From positions 3,416,129-3,480,128 of the forward strand of contig NC_057756.1 of the NCBI RefSeq assembly GCF_004010195.1: a DNA stretch of 64,000 nt. Direction: 5' to 3'. Positions within the stretch are counted from its first letter, which is position 1. The number at the start of each line of letters is the position of its first letter. The notes under the pieces were generated by a model that was not told where the DNA came from, made no database searches, and was given only the letters and a program-made list of their open reading frames with translations. This document shows positions 52,226 through 64,000 of this stretch, piece after piece. Made by a program: the position numbers and the translations under genes. The stretch is from Chiloscyllium plagiosum. Taxonomy: Eukaryota.

Positions 52226-53569
52226 ATATGCAACATGACTCAATGCAGGCAAGAAAAGTAAGACAATTGCTAAGAACGCTGATGAGATAATTCTGTTTCT
52301 AAATGAAGGCATACAATATAAAAGAAAATGATGCTACACTTATACATTTTACAGGTCGGAACGTATTTGAAGTATTATCTTCATATTTGGAAACTTAATT
52401 TAGTGATGGATGATAAGGACTTCGAGTGAGTGCAAAAAGGTGATTTTTCAGTATGCCAGAAATAAGGATTTTGCATCCTAGGAAAGAAAAGAGAAAATCT
52501 GTCATTTCACACTGAATTAAATTGCGCATTATTTAGGTAATAAGACTTAAGAACTATGTGCCAATTGGAAGGAGTAATACTTCTTTCCAGTGGTTTGCAT
52601 GCTAATAATCAGGAGTTACAATTTAATTATTGTCAGCAAGCTTACTAGCAGTTCATTTAAGGAGAAACAACTTTGCTCAGAAAGTCTCTTTAGGATATGG
52701 AATATATACACTTCCTTCTGTGACGATAAGTTCAACGATTCTCTGACTCCAAAGGAGATAATAGCACCATAAGTGCAAGGATGTAGACATTTTTCAGTAT
52801 GAATGGCGTTTTATTCCACATTCTTTAGTTTCCAATATCGTCTGTTCGAGGAAAAAAGTAGAAAATGAATGAACACAGCAGAGAGAGAGAGAGGGAGAGA
52901 GAGATTGAAGGACAGGGAGACATTGAGAGAGAATTAAATAAATTATTACACCAGTTTTAAAACTTCAGTTATGATTTAATATCCCAACAAAGTTTATTGC
53001 ACCATCAGATTCAGGTAACTTTCTTGCAGGAAGAATGCAAGTTTCTATTTCTGGCACTGAGCTATTGAAATGAATTTCTATTGGTCTTTTTCCAGCAAAA
53101 GTTTAACAAAAACGTCGTTGCCCTAAATGAAATTACTAAATGCTTACTCATCCCTTTAACTGGCAGTGATTTACAATTACAGTTATGTGCTTCAGCTATC
53201 ATGAAATCATCCATGCAAAACATATTTGCCATGAAACAGCATTCACCACCCTTCATTCATGTGTTCCTGCTCTTATGGAGATTGAGGATAAAATGATCAT
53301 CGCCAGTGGAGCCGCAATCTTATTTCTTGCTTCCAATAGTAACCTTGCATGGAATAATCCTTTATTGCTAGCTTTAAAATTTTGAAAAAAAAAAGAGACC
53401 AAATGAATTTTAAAATTCGCTGATGATGCTTTGCAAGAAATACTGCATTTTTTACGTGACATAGTATTTTTGTTTTGAGGATCACCATTTCTTTATATCC
53501 TTCGATGTTTTTATTCCAGGAACTGCCTTGTATCTTTAGAATTCTGTCTTTACGCAACGAGCCAGGCCC

Positions 53570-56500
53570 ATTGTCAAATCTCTCAATGGGAAAGCATTTT
53601 GATGACAGTGACTACAACCGCCTCACCTTTACCATAGCTATAGAGTTGGAAGGGAACAGAAAGCATGGGGAAGCATTTAATTTGGGTATGTAGAATTAAT
53701 ATTAGACAGGATCTGTGGACTATAAATTGAGAACAATTGTTCTTCGGGAAATGCACAATAGAAACGTGTAAGGAACACTTTTTTGCAGGTTTTGGGTACA
53801 TTTGCTTCACTGAGACAGACAGGGCATATTAAGGCGTTCGAGCCTTGGTTGACAAGAGAAGAGTGAAAATAGACAAGTGCCTCTAGAAGGAATGGAAGTA
53901 AACAAGCCCCCTGGGCCGGATGGGAGTTATCCAAGGCTGCTCTGGGAACTGGGAAGGAGATAGCTGAACCTTTGTCTATGATATTTGACTCGTCATTATC
54001 TACAGGACTGGAGGATTGCAAATGTGCCCTTATTCAATAACGGCAGTAGAGATGACCCAGGTAATTATAGACCGGTGAGCCTTAATTCTCTTATCAGAAA
54101 GGTTTTGGAAAGGATTATTAGAGCTAGGATTTATAATAATCTAGCAAGCGAAAATTTAATTTCAGATAGTCAACATCGTTTCGTCAAGGGCAAGACATGT
54201 CTCACAGATATCATTGAGATTTTTTGAGAAGGTGACCAAGCATGTTGTCGATGGTAGGGCAGTTGCCGTGGTATCCATGGACTTCAGTAAAGCCTTTGGT
54301 AAGGTTTCTTTTGGTAGGCTTTTGAAGAAAGTTCACAGGAATTGGATTGAGGGTGATTTAGCAGTTTGGATTAGAAACTGGCATTTTGAAAGAAAACAGC
54401 GAGTGGATGTTGATGGCAAGTATTCAGCCTGGAGTCCAGTTACCATTTGTGCGCCACAAGGATCTGTTTTGAAACCATTGACGTTTGTTATTTTTTTATA
54501 AATGACTTAATGCAGGCACAGGTGAATTGCTTAATAAGTTTGCAGTTGACACTAAAGTCGGTGGAGTGGTAGACAGTGTGGAAGAATGTTGCAGGTTGCC
54601 TGGGAACGAGGATAAACTGCAGAATTGGGCTGAGAGGTGGCAAATGGAGTTCAATGCAGATAAATGTAAGGTGATTCACTTTGGGAAGATTAGCAGGAAG
54701 GCAGAATACTGGGTCAATGGCAAGATTCTTTGTAGTGAGAAAATGCAGAGGGATCGTGGAGTTTATGTACATAGATCACTGAACGTTGCCACCCATGCTG
54801 CAAATATACAAAATGATAGCACGTTTACACTTGGAATATTGTGTACAGTTCCTGTCCTCGCATTACAGGAAGAATCTGGAAGAATTGGCAAAGGTGCAGA
54901 GGAGATTAACCAGTTTGTTGCCTGGTCAAGAAGGCACCTCTTATGAGTAAAGGCTGAGATACTTTGATCTGTTCTCTTTGGAAAGAAGAATTCTAAGAAC
55001 CATTTGATAGAGACATGCAAGATGATCAGAGGATTTGATTGGGTTGGCAGTGAAAGCCTTTTTCCTCGGATGATGACGTCAGCTTGTACAGGAGTCATAA
55101 CTAGAAATTGAGGGGTGAGAGATTTAAGACAGAAGTCAGAGGCAGGTTCTTCACTCAGAGAGTGGTAAGATCGTGGAATGCCCTACCTGCCAATGTAGTT
55201 ATCTCAACCACATTAGGGAGATTTAAACAATCCTTGGATAAGCACATGGATGATGATGGGATAGGGTAGAGGATGAGCTTAGAATAGTTCACAGTTCGAC
55301 TCAACATCGAGGGCTGAAGTGTCTATTCTGTACAGTATTGTTCTATGATCTATGTTCCATAAGAGGAGCTTCTGGTCAAGAGGAAAAGTAAGCTTATTTC
55401 AGGTTGAAGTAGTAAGGAACTTGCACAGCTTTAGACGATTACTGATAGCTATGAAATAAATAAAAAATGAACAGAGGAGAGTTCAGAGGGGCACGAGAAA
55501 GCTTTGGTGCGAAGGAATTGGAAAATCCTAAAGGCTTCCCCACTTACGTGAAGATTAAGACAATGATCAGATAGAGGGCAGAGCAGATCAGGGATCGTGG
55601 AATGGAACTTGTGCCTCGAGTCGAAAGAAATAGGGAGGCCCGTAACGAGTTTTCTTTTTTAACAATTTGCAAGAAACAGGGACCTTGTGGACAGTATGAA
55701 CACCGTGCACCATGTTAACAGGCTTGAACCGTTTGATATTAAGAAAGTGCATGTCCTGGAAATTCAAGTCTGGGAAGCATTAAGATAGATACGTCCGCAT
55801 GGCCTGACCAGATATATCCAAGGTTATTATTTGAAGCGAGGAATGAGCTTGCTGCCCCTCTGGTGAGGATCTTTGCATCCTGAATCCCCAGGGGAGTAGT
55901 ACTATATGATTGGAGGGAGCCGAATTTTGCTCTTCTGTTCGAGAACTAGAAAAGGGAAAGCCCTGTGAATTACTGACCATCGATCTTGTCTATGTTAAGC
56001 AGTACTGGAAGGGGTCCTATGAGGTAGGCTTTATGACTACTTGGAAAAATAAAATATTTTATTTGAAGAAGTCAGCATGGCTTTGTGATGGACAATGCAT
56101 GCCTGAGAAGTCTTACTGAGATTTTTAATGTTGCGACGAGACAAGTTGACAAAGTTTGGGCAGTAGATGTGGTTTGTACGCGTTTCAGTAAGGCATTTGT
56201 TCAGATTTATCAGGGTCGGTTAATTCAGATCATTAGGAGGTATGGGATACAGGGCAATTTTGCTGTCTGGATGCAGAATTGGCTGTCTAAAAGAAGGCAG
56301 TGAGTGGCAGTGGATGGAAAGCATTTCGCCTGGAGGTCGGTGACAAGTGATATACCGCAGGACTAGTATCTTGGAATTTTGCTCTTGATAGTTTTTATAA
56401 GCGACTTGGTTAAGAAGTATAAGGGTGTGTGAGTGAGTTTGCCAATGACACAAAGGTCGGTGGTTTATTAAACGATTTAAAGGGCTGTTGCATTTCACAA

Positions 56501-57190
56501 TAAGACGTTGGCAGAATGCATAGCTGGGCTAAGAAGAGGCAGATTCAGCAGGATAAATGCGATGGGATTCTTTTTGAATGTCTAATATGAATATTGAATA
56601 CATCGTTGTAGACAGGTTGCCTGGCAATGTGGAGGCACAGAGGGCTTGGCATTCACGGACATAAATCCGTCAAATTTGCCATCTAATTTTTTAAGTTTGT
56701 TAAGAAGGCCTATGATGATTTGGCTTACATTAGAGAGGATGCAGGTGTGAAAGAATTAGGATGATCACTGAATTCGGAAGTCTTGCCTTACGAGTCAAGA
56801 TGAGTGAGGTGGTGTTTTGGCACTGGATAACAGAAGACAGACAGTTGATTTGAGAGATGTATACAAGATAATGAGAGTCATAGATACAGTAGATCGGCAG
56901 AGGTTGTTGCTTATTCCCACAGCACAGAAAGTGCTGTCACCAGTGGTGATGATTTTAACGTGATTGGAGGATTGTATAGAGGGGATGTCAGAGAGTGGTA
57001 TGTGAGTGTAATGCGCTGTCAGCGGTGCTTAACAAATCAGTGAGGTAATGGACATTTATGCGACTGCTGGACAAGCACATGGACGGCTGTTAATTGAGGG
57101 ACATGCACTTTAGGTTAATCTTAGATCAAGAAAAATCAACGGTGCAACATCGTGGGGCGAATAATCTGTACTGTACATTACTGTTCAATT
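53570..57190 (+). mobile_element. Older CR1 LINE interrupted by a younger CR1
   Basis: 'GKHFDDSDYNRLTFTI' and 'EPWLTRE' break at ~53860 and resume 'ELLVKRK' at ~55366. RT remnants continue to ~57190. Confidence 0.75.
53862..55358 (+). mobile_element. Younger 5'-truncated CR1 nested insertion
   Basis: 'DWRIANVPLF...PGNYRPVSLNS', 'MDFSKAF', 'PQGSVL', 'KFAVDTKVGG'. (CTATGTT)-like tail at ~55340. Confidence 0.9.
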
Positions 57191-57411
57191 TCGATGCGTT
57201 GTGTCCAAACTCACAAAGCATGCAAAGATTTTTTTTGCAAATGCTTTTCCAGTTAGCAGCATGTGTACATTATTATTTCATGCATCAACTACAACTATTC
57301 CATGGGACTTGAGATGCGCCCATTCTGAAACTCTTGATTGGAATTAATGTCGTTGCTGCAACTGGTTTTGTATGAAGAGTTGTTTTTTTTCTTCTCTGGT
57401 CGCAATCATAA

Positions 57412-57432
57412 TTATAACAACCTGTCAAACAG
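57412..57432 (+). other. Candidate 21-nt micro-exon (acceptor mutated) upstream of locus Z
   Basis: CAG/GTAAGG donor at 57433. Phase-1 reading ITTCQT resembles LTKCQE. Preceded by CATAA rather than CATAG. Confidence 0.4.
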
Positions 57433-58419
57433 GTAAGGCAATTGTATCGAAAATATCTTTGCAGTTTGGCAATTCCATCTGTTGTTTACATTTGTATCAC
57501 AGTTTGCGTGAACATCTTCAGGCATAAAGGGCACGCAAGAACATAAGATGGTTATTCACACTGAGCTCCGCAAATTGTGATCTGCAAAACTATTTCGTGG
57601 TTTGTTCGGCATACTCACATTTACCTTAAGTTTGTATGTGTCCATTATGACAGGCATGCAAAGAGGAAAACAATTACCTCAAATATAGGATATCAGCAGC
57701 TCAGAGAATGATAAAGTTCATTTCAATAGATTTTAATACCACTGTACTTGGAATAGAGTGACAGGATCGGTGGAAATCACGACATTTTATGAAAAGGAAA
57801 CCTTGCTAAACTTTTAGAAACTTGTCATGATTGAGTATGTGACTGCACGAAATACTAAGATGTTTATATTTGTTTATTTAGAATTAATTTACATGATCTT
57901 TGAAATAATGTTTGATTCGCATATACCACATAAACACATGAGATTGAAAGTAACTCAGTTACATTGTTCGAACATTTGTCAACGACGTGCAGAAGTTAAT
58001 GATTACAATTACTTGGGCCATTAATGACTAAGAGAGTATCACTGTGATTGGATTCAAGCTCTTTATTATAAAACTTAATTTAAAAAAAGATTAATTTACC
58101 AATTCATGGGAGAAAAGAAACTCCGTAATTCTGGCAACATTTGTGACAGAAAAGTGGAATTAACGTTACAATCCAAGTCACCCTTCGTCAGAACAGTTCT
58201 GAACATTGTATTTTTTCTGAAGTAGGCCCTTGGAACATTTGCATTCATCGCCATCATATTCAAGTACTGGGAAGAGATGGAATATTATAAAATGCTCTGG
58301 TATAAAACCTATTCAAATGAACTTTAACATTCTCTGAGCAACTTATATCCTGCTAAACAATCGATCTATTCAACTTTTCTCTAATTGTAAAAGCCTTTAT
58401 TGAAACGACAGTTGGACCT

Positions 58420-59810
58420 TTGGAAATGATTTTTTAAAGACAATCTGAGTCTTGTGTTCAGCAGCATAATTCGATTTTAATTCAGAACACGTTTATGATA
58501 CGTAGGGGACAGGTCAGATGCCGCCACAAATCATCTTTTAATTTGGACCCAGTTGCCCCCTTAAGGAACGTTCCCAACACAGAAGAGATCAGTGCCCCTC
58601 TATCTTGCTCAATGAACTTCAGGCTTTTTAGAGGGACCACATTGCAATAGTAATACAATATTTACGTCAGTCCTGGCTTCATACACTTTGACTCAAACAT
58701 CAAACACTATGAATATGTGGTCAATGGTGGACAACTTCATGGTCTACGTTACGTCCACCCATCCTTGAATGATATGTAATGGATTCCCTATTATCTGTCG
58801 TTAGTTCTTAAAATACATCTCATTAACGATATACCATCGCTGATGGTTCCCTCCATTCCGAGATAGTTGACAGCATTATCTTATTTTTCTTATTAATAAT
58901 GATTTCCAAATTCATTTATGCAATTGACATTCCTTGAAGGGCATCTTTACCACACGTGTGGGAGAGGTCAGAAGCCACTATGAATCATCTTTCACATAGG
59001 GCGCAGTTGATCTCCGAAGGGTGGCTCACATCACAGAAGAGTTTAGTGTGCCTCTACATTCACCATAAACTTCACGCAATATATTGGTCTTCCATATAGT
59101 AATACAACAGTGGCATCTGTGCGTGGCTTCAACCACTTTGTCTCAAACAACGAATATTATAAATACATGATAACTAATGGATAATTTCCTGTTCAACCTT
59201 ACAGCAACTCATTTTTAATGATGTTTACCAGACACTCTATCATCTGTCCTTGGTTCTTACAGTACATCTCAGTAATGACAATCCGTCTCTCATGGTTACT
59301 TCCCTTCCGAGTAAATTGACAGTTGCATCGCATTTTTGCTCAATAATAATGACTTTCAGATTCATTTATGCGATTGACATTCCTTGCTGACGTCTCTACG
59401 TACGATTAACCAAGATCTTGAATTCTACTTAATGTTACAATATTTGTAATATGAGCTCTAGTATTACATTACTTGCAGACTTTAACATAATTGCTCTTAG
59501 CCGTATGATAACGCAACAAAGTTAATTGTAAAAGATGCGTCATTTTTTAAGCAAATTGGAAGTCTACCAGCGATCTTTTACAAAGTGTTCTCTTTTGCAC
59601 GTCATACATTGCTTTAAAACTGAAATATTATATCAGAAACAACTTTATTATCATTAATTCAAATATTTTTCATTTACCAGCTATTCAATTCTCATTGACA
59701 GGGAAGGATTTTGAATATTTCTCATGCTCCAACAAGTCTTTGGACGAAGCTTACTTGGACTCTTGAGGCTGTTCACTTTTTTTGAATGGCAACTATTTAT
59801 TCTCTTGAGG
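58420..59810 (+). pseudogene. AID/APOBEC-like cytidine deaminase pseudogene, three tandem domains (locus Z)
   Basis: Domain A versus AID: TRL*YVGDRSDAAT (58487-58528) vs TYLCYVVKRRDSAT; SSFNLD..LRN (58531-58569) vs TSFSLD..LRN; TIFTS..PG (58655-58677) vs TWFTSWSPC. Domain B is a direct repeat of A at ~449-nt offset, starting FQIHLCN*HSLKG vs FLYQFKNVRWAKG. Domain C, in one frame: NVTIFVI*ALVLHY (59431-59472) vs RVTWFTSWSPCYDC; FHLPAIQFSLTGKDFEY (59668-59718) vs LHRAGVQIAIMTFKDYFY. Confidence 0.78.
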
Positions 59811-60647
59811 TGATAATGACTCTGCTCCACATTGATTCTGCCTTCCTTGCTATAATATTTTTCTTGCTATTGTTACGAGGTTATCTTCTGCACACTTATT
59901 TGTTGTTCTCATCTTCAATTTGATGAAAGAATAAAATCCTGCATGTATGTTTATCGAAAGTAATCTCTGAAGCCAAGACTGACAGCTGCAGTAATCAAAT
60001 TAAACAGTTCTGTGTCAAATACATTAAACATATTATTGTTGTTTAAATATATGTGTCTGTTGTAATATAGCATTTCAGTAGTTTAAAATTACTCAACTTG
60101 GGAAGGTTAAACTTTTCTTTTCCACTTGCATATAGAGACATTTCATAGCAGGTGGTTTTGTTCTGAGTTGCCTTTTAAAATTGTGACCATCCCGATTATA
60201 GCCCAAGTTACGTGGACATAGAGCATTTTATGACGGTCTTTAAAGGCCATTGTTTGAGTAATATTAAATACGGAATCTGTTAAAGGTTTTGTCCACCATT
60301 TACTGTCAGTTTAAAAAAGGCAACCAGCCATTTTGTTCCAATCAACCACAGACATCAACATAATTCTCCTAATCTGACTTGACATATTACCTGTGATTAA
60401 GTGAATATAGTGCTGCTTGGAGTAATCAGAGGCTAGGTCATATAATCTTCCAATAGGACTAGACATGGTGATCTCAGGAAGGCTTTCACAATGAAAAGAA
60501 ACCAAAACTGCCAGTGACCGTCTGATGATGGGCAATTTATCATTGTGATTGCATAAAATGAAATGCATCCGGACAGCGGTCGTGTCGCTGACACAGAAAG
60601 GGTGTCAACTCAAGTTTCAGAGAGATAATTTAATATCATTATTTCAG

Positions 60648-60668
60648 CTGCGAGAATCAACTTGTGTG
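60648..60668 (+). other. Candidate 21-nt micro-exon
   Basis: ATTATTTCAG acceptor, GTG/GTGAGA donor. May belong to a further paralog downstream. Confidence 0.35.
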
Positions 60669-61044
60669 GTGAGACTATGGGAGGAATGCACTCTCCTCGC
60701 TGAGCAGAAATACTCACTCTAGCTGAATGTATTACCCTTTCTGCAATTTTCTTTGTTTTCATGAATATGTGTCAGCATTACGTTTTGCAATAATGCATTT
60801 CTGTGGTTTTGCATCATTACGTTAAAAACATACAATTATGTAGCTAGATTTTCTGAGTAAGAGGAAGACACAATGAAAGAAATGACAATAACAGAGTTGG
60901 AGACAAGGAAAATGACGGAGAGATGAAGAGAGAAGCACATGCATCGTTTAACAAAAATATTATCACAATGACAGGCATCTGCACTGATGGAGAATCCAAT
61001 TCAACAAGTAAAAGGTAAAAATTGAACGACAAGCGATTTGACAA

Positions 61045-61160
61045 CACATACACACAAACACACGCACGTGCACACACACACACAGATTCAGACACACACG
61101 CACACACACACATACTCTCACAGAGAGAGAGAGAGAGAGAGACAGAGAGAAGAGACAGAA
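61045..61160. repeat. Compound (CA)n/(GA)n microsatellite
   Basis: Direct observation. Confidence 0.9.
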
Positions 61161-61749
61161 AGTGATATGAGATAAATCTATTTTAGCTCCCTGACGAACT
61201 CCACATGAGCAGGCCTTGCAAGTCGAAAAACCTCAGTCTAAGAAAGAACTGAGTATCTTTTTCTGAATGTAAGACAGACGTACTTGTTCATGTTGCCCAT
61301 GACTGAGCAACATAAAATTGCTGACCACGTTAATTGAAAATTCAGCGTATACCTGGCTGACAGTGGGCTTCAGACGTTTGGAAAAACATTTGCTTCATGT
61401 AGCCCACATGAGTTAAAATAATAACAGCACTGTCGACCCAAGATAACAGAACTGAAATGAAATATGCAACTGCAGTTGTTTGCTTATCAAAAATTGATAA
61501 GAATATTTAGCTTTATATTTAATAATTCAATCTTTAATCAATCAATGTGTTACAGATAAATTATTTAGGCTCCTCATTGTAAGACATCAAACAACAAAGA
61601 TAGGGTTGGCTTGTGTTTACGATGACAAATGAACTGTCCTGTGTTCAATAGTCTGTGGCACTTCATGAAGCAACAGAACATTAATCTTGCAAATCATCAT
61701 TAACACCAGCGATGTAATGCCGGAATGCTTTGAGTGTATTGAACACACT

Positions 61750-62650
61750 GATCAGTGTTGCACTTTGGAAACTGATAATGACTGTAGTTTATCACATCAG
61801 TGAGGCAACAAGTCAGAAAATTAAATCTGGATCGACACAATTATACAGAGGAAGAAATAGAACAGAAGAACAGTAATTACGAGTGTTTCCAGAGTCATGG
61901 GATGGCCTAGTCCTTCTGTGAAAGTAATCATGTTTTGTGAGGAAATGGTACCACTCTTGTGCCAGTCTCAAGGTTATTACGGAATGACTTCTGGAGGTAT
62001 TTCCAGAGGATTGGTCTAAACCAGCAATCATAGATGAAATTAATTTTAAAAGACACAGGACGTTGAAGTTGGCCAGAAAGTAAATCACATGGAGCTAGGA
62101 AGGAAGTTAAAAGCAGGATCTGAAGAATATTAATCATAGCATTACACACAATCATGCCTTTCAGTAAGAGTAATCTTTTAATTATTAATCAATTCAATTA
62201 TGTGGAGGGCCAACTGTGATCTAAGGAATGCTACAGGTTTCAAAATAATTGTAATGGAATCTGGGCAGCTTAACATTTAATATGCTGAGCTATTTATAAC
62301 TTGGTAAAATTACTACTAAACATTCTCATAAAAGTTTGCTAGTACAGTTGGTTACAGTTAAACCAACATATTAACGAGTTGAGAAATTAAAATGGAACAT
62401 GCATTGGATGGAAGTGAGGTTACGAGCAGAGAGTCAAAAACATATGCTGGGGAGACAAGCAGTCAGGATAGATTCAAGTGAGGCTCGTATAGAGTTCCAT
62501 AGCAGAATGATGAGGAAAACACTCAGGAAAGATATTGCATTTGAATGCACGAAGTACTTTAAACAAGCCAAATAGTTAAATGTACAGACGGAGATGTATG
62601 AATATTACTTAATAAATATTATGGAAGTTTTGGCTGCATTGCGATGAGGG
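61750..62650 (+). mobile_element. Old CR1 fragment (ORF1 esterase and start of EN)
   Basis: 'ELGRKLK' at ~62092 and 'ILHLNARS' at ~62533. Confidence 0.55.
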
Positions 62651-63059
62651 ATATTAGATGTTTACAGAGTTTGACATGTTGAATATGGACATGTGGTAGA
62701 TCTTAGGTGCAAAGGATTCGTTGTGTACTTTAGCAAGGTAAGGCAATGACCTATATGTAGAACATGTGTCAGTGGATACAGGTAACAGTCGGCCGGGATT
62801 TTCCTCAGAATAAGAAATTGTAGCGGTAGTGTGTGCAGCATGGCATGAATCAACAGTTGAGCGAAGCATATGATGGGCAGCCAAATTATATAACACCATC
62901 CCTAATCTTTAACGTACTATTACACAACTTGCAGTAGTGACATTTTCTTTTAGTTGGCCACATAAAATTCGAAAAGAGCACAGTGTACCGAGCATAACAA
63001 AGAACATTCACGATCATGTAATACTAAAACAATAGGCCGACATGGCCACCAGAATTTCC

Positions 63060-63350
63060 TGATAATGTGATAGCTAGCCAGAGATGCATAACTTTAAATT
63101 GAGGGGTCATAGATGTAGGACAGATGTCAGGAGTAGTTCCTTTACACAAAGAGAAGTAGGGGCATGGGAAGCACTGCATGCAACAGCAGTAGAGTTGCCA
63201 CATTTAAGGGCATTTATATGATTGTTGGAAAGACATATGAATGAAAATGAACTAGAGATGGTTAGATGAGCTTCGGATTTCTTTCATAAGTCGGCTCAAC
63301 ACTGAGGGGCGAAGGGACTGTACTGCGGTGTAATATACTATGTTCTGCAT
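63060..63350 (+). mobile_element. CR1 3' end fragment
   Basis: Matches 55095-55350 (CATAACTTTAAATTGAGGGG...GATGTCAG...CTATGTTCT). Confidence 0.8.
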
Positions 63351-64000
63351 TCCGTGGAGAATGGCAGTAATTCTGTGGATTAGGAGTTTTTAAGAATGTG
63401 AAAGAGGACCAGAAATAATAAGAAAATGTGCCATAGATTATCGTTTCGAAATTAAGAATATATTACAAAATAAAGAGACTGTGAAGCCTTTTCCAGGTGT
63501 TTTAAATGACATCATTTGCAAAGAAATAACACGAATCACTCACAATCAGGAGTCTGTATTTAATAAATGAGAATCAGCGGACCAAATAATGGATTGTTTA
63601 GTGTCTGATTTCACTGAAAGAAATACAATAAATATCCAAACTTCCGTCATCCAACTGCTAAAGTTGACAAGTTATTTTAAGACTGTTTGCATCAATTATA
63701 TCCTGATATTGGAAAACATTAAGGAGCCAGAAGGCAAGAAATACTAAGGGCCAAAACTTTACCATTCCACGGTGTGAATAACGCGTCTATACAACTAGTT
63801 CATCGGTGATCTACCTACCAAAGGTTTACAATCTTTGCACTGTTTCCAATGAAACGTCATGTTGTAATGATTACAGCATGAAAAAATTAAAACCACTTAA
63901 CGTTGCATTAGTTTTTGAAATGCAAATTCGTTTACAACGTCGATATAACTTCACACATGATTGGTTATGGCTGGATTGGGTGCCGTTTGCATTAAAAAAT

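Noticed and set aside
58925..59380. TGA shared by both repeats (C-x-TGA) as possible selenocysteine
   Set aside because: The locus has many other stops. Parallel CGA-to-TGA decay or a pre-duplication mutation is simpler, and no SECIS was identified.
58950..59390. Cadherin-like/CSPG or laminin-G repeat interpretation (NDNP, SFT, LCD.H)
   Set aside because: Motif spacing does not fit, whereas AID motifs match in order.

Overview
Repeat-dense vertebrate genomic DNA. The repeat families (HE1-type tRNA SINEs, CR1 LINEs, Penelope-like elements with hammerhead cores, Gmr1-like Gypsy relics, an RTE LINE) suggest a shark, possibly a carpet shark; this is inference. I find no intact protein-coding gene. 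The main signal is three + strand loci (~12.7-13.8 kb, ~39.6-40.7 kb, ~58.4-59.8 kb). By manual translation across stops and frameshifts they align motif by motif, in order, with the AID/APOBEC cytidine deaminase fold, most closely AID. They appear to carry 2, 2 and 3 tandem domains in one intronless exon each, and each has a related micro-exon about 1 kb upstream. This looks like a decayed, APOBEC3-like multi-domain expansion of AID in a cartilaginous fish. All protein alignments are by eye against remembered sequences and need HMM/tBLASTn confirmation. Repeat boundaries are approximate.
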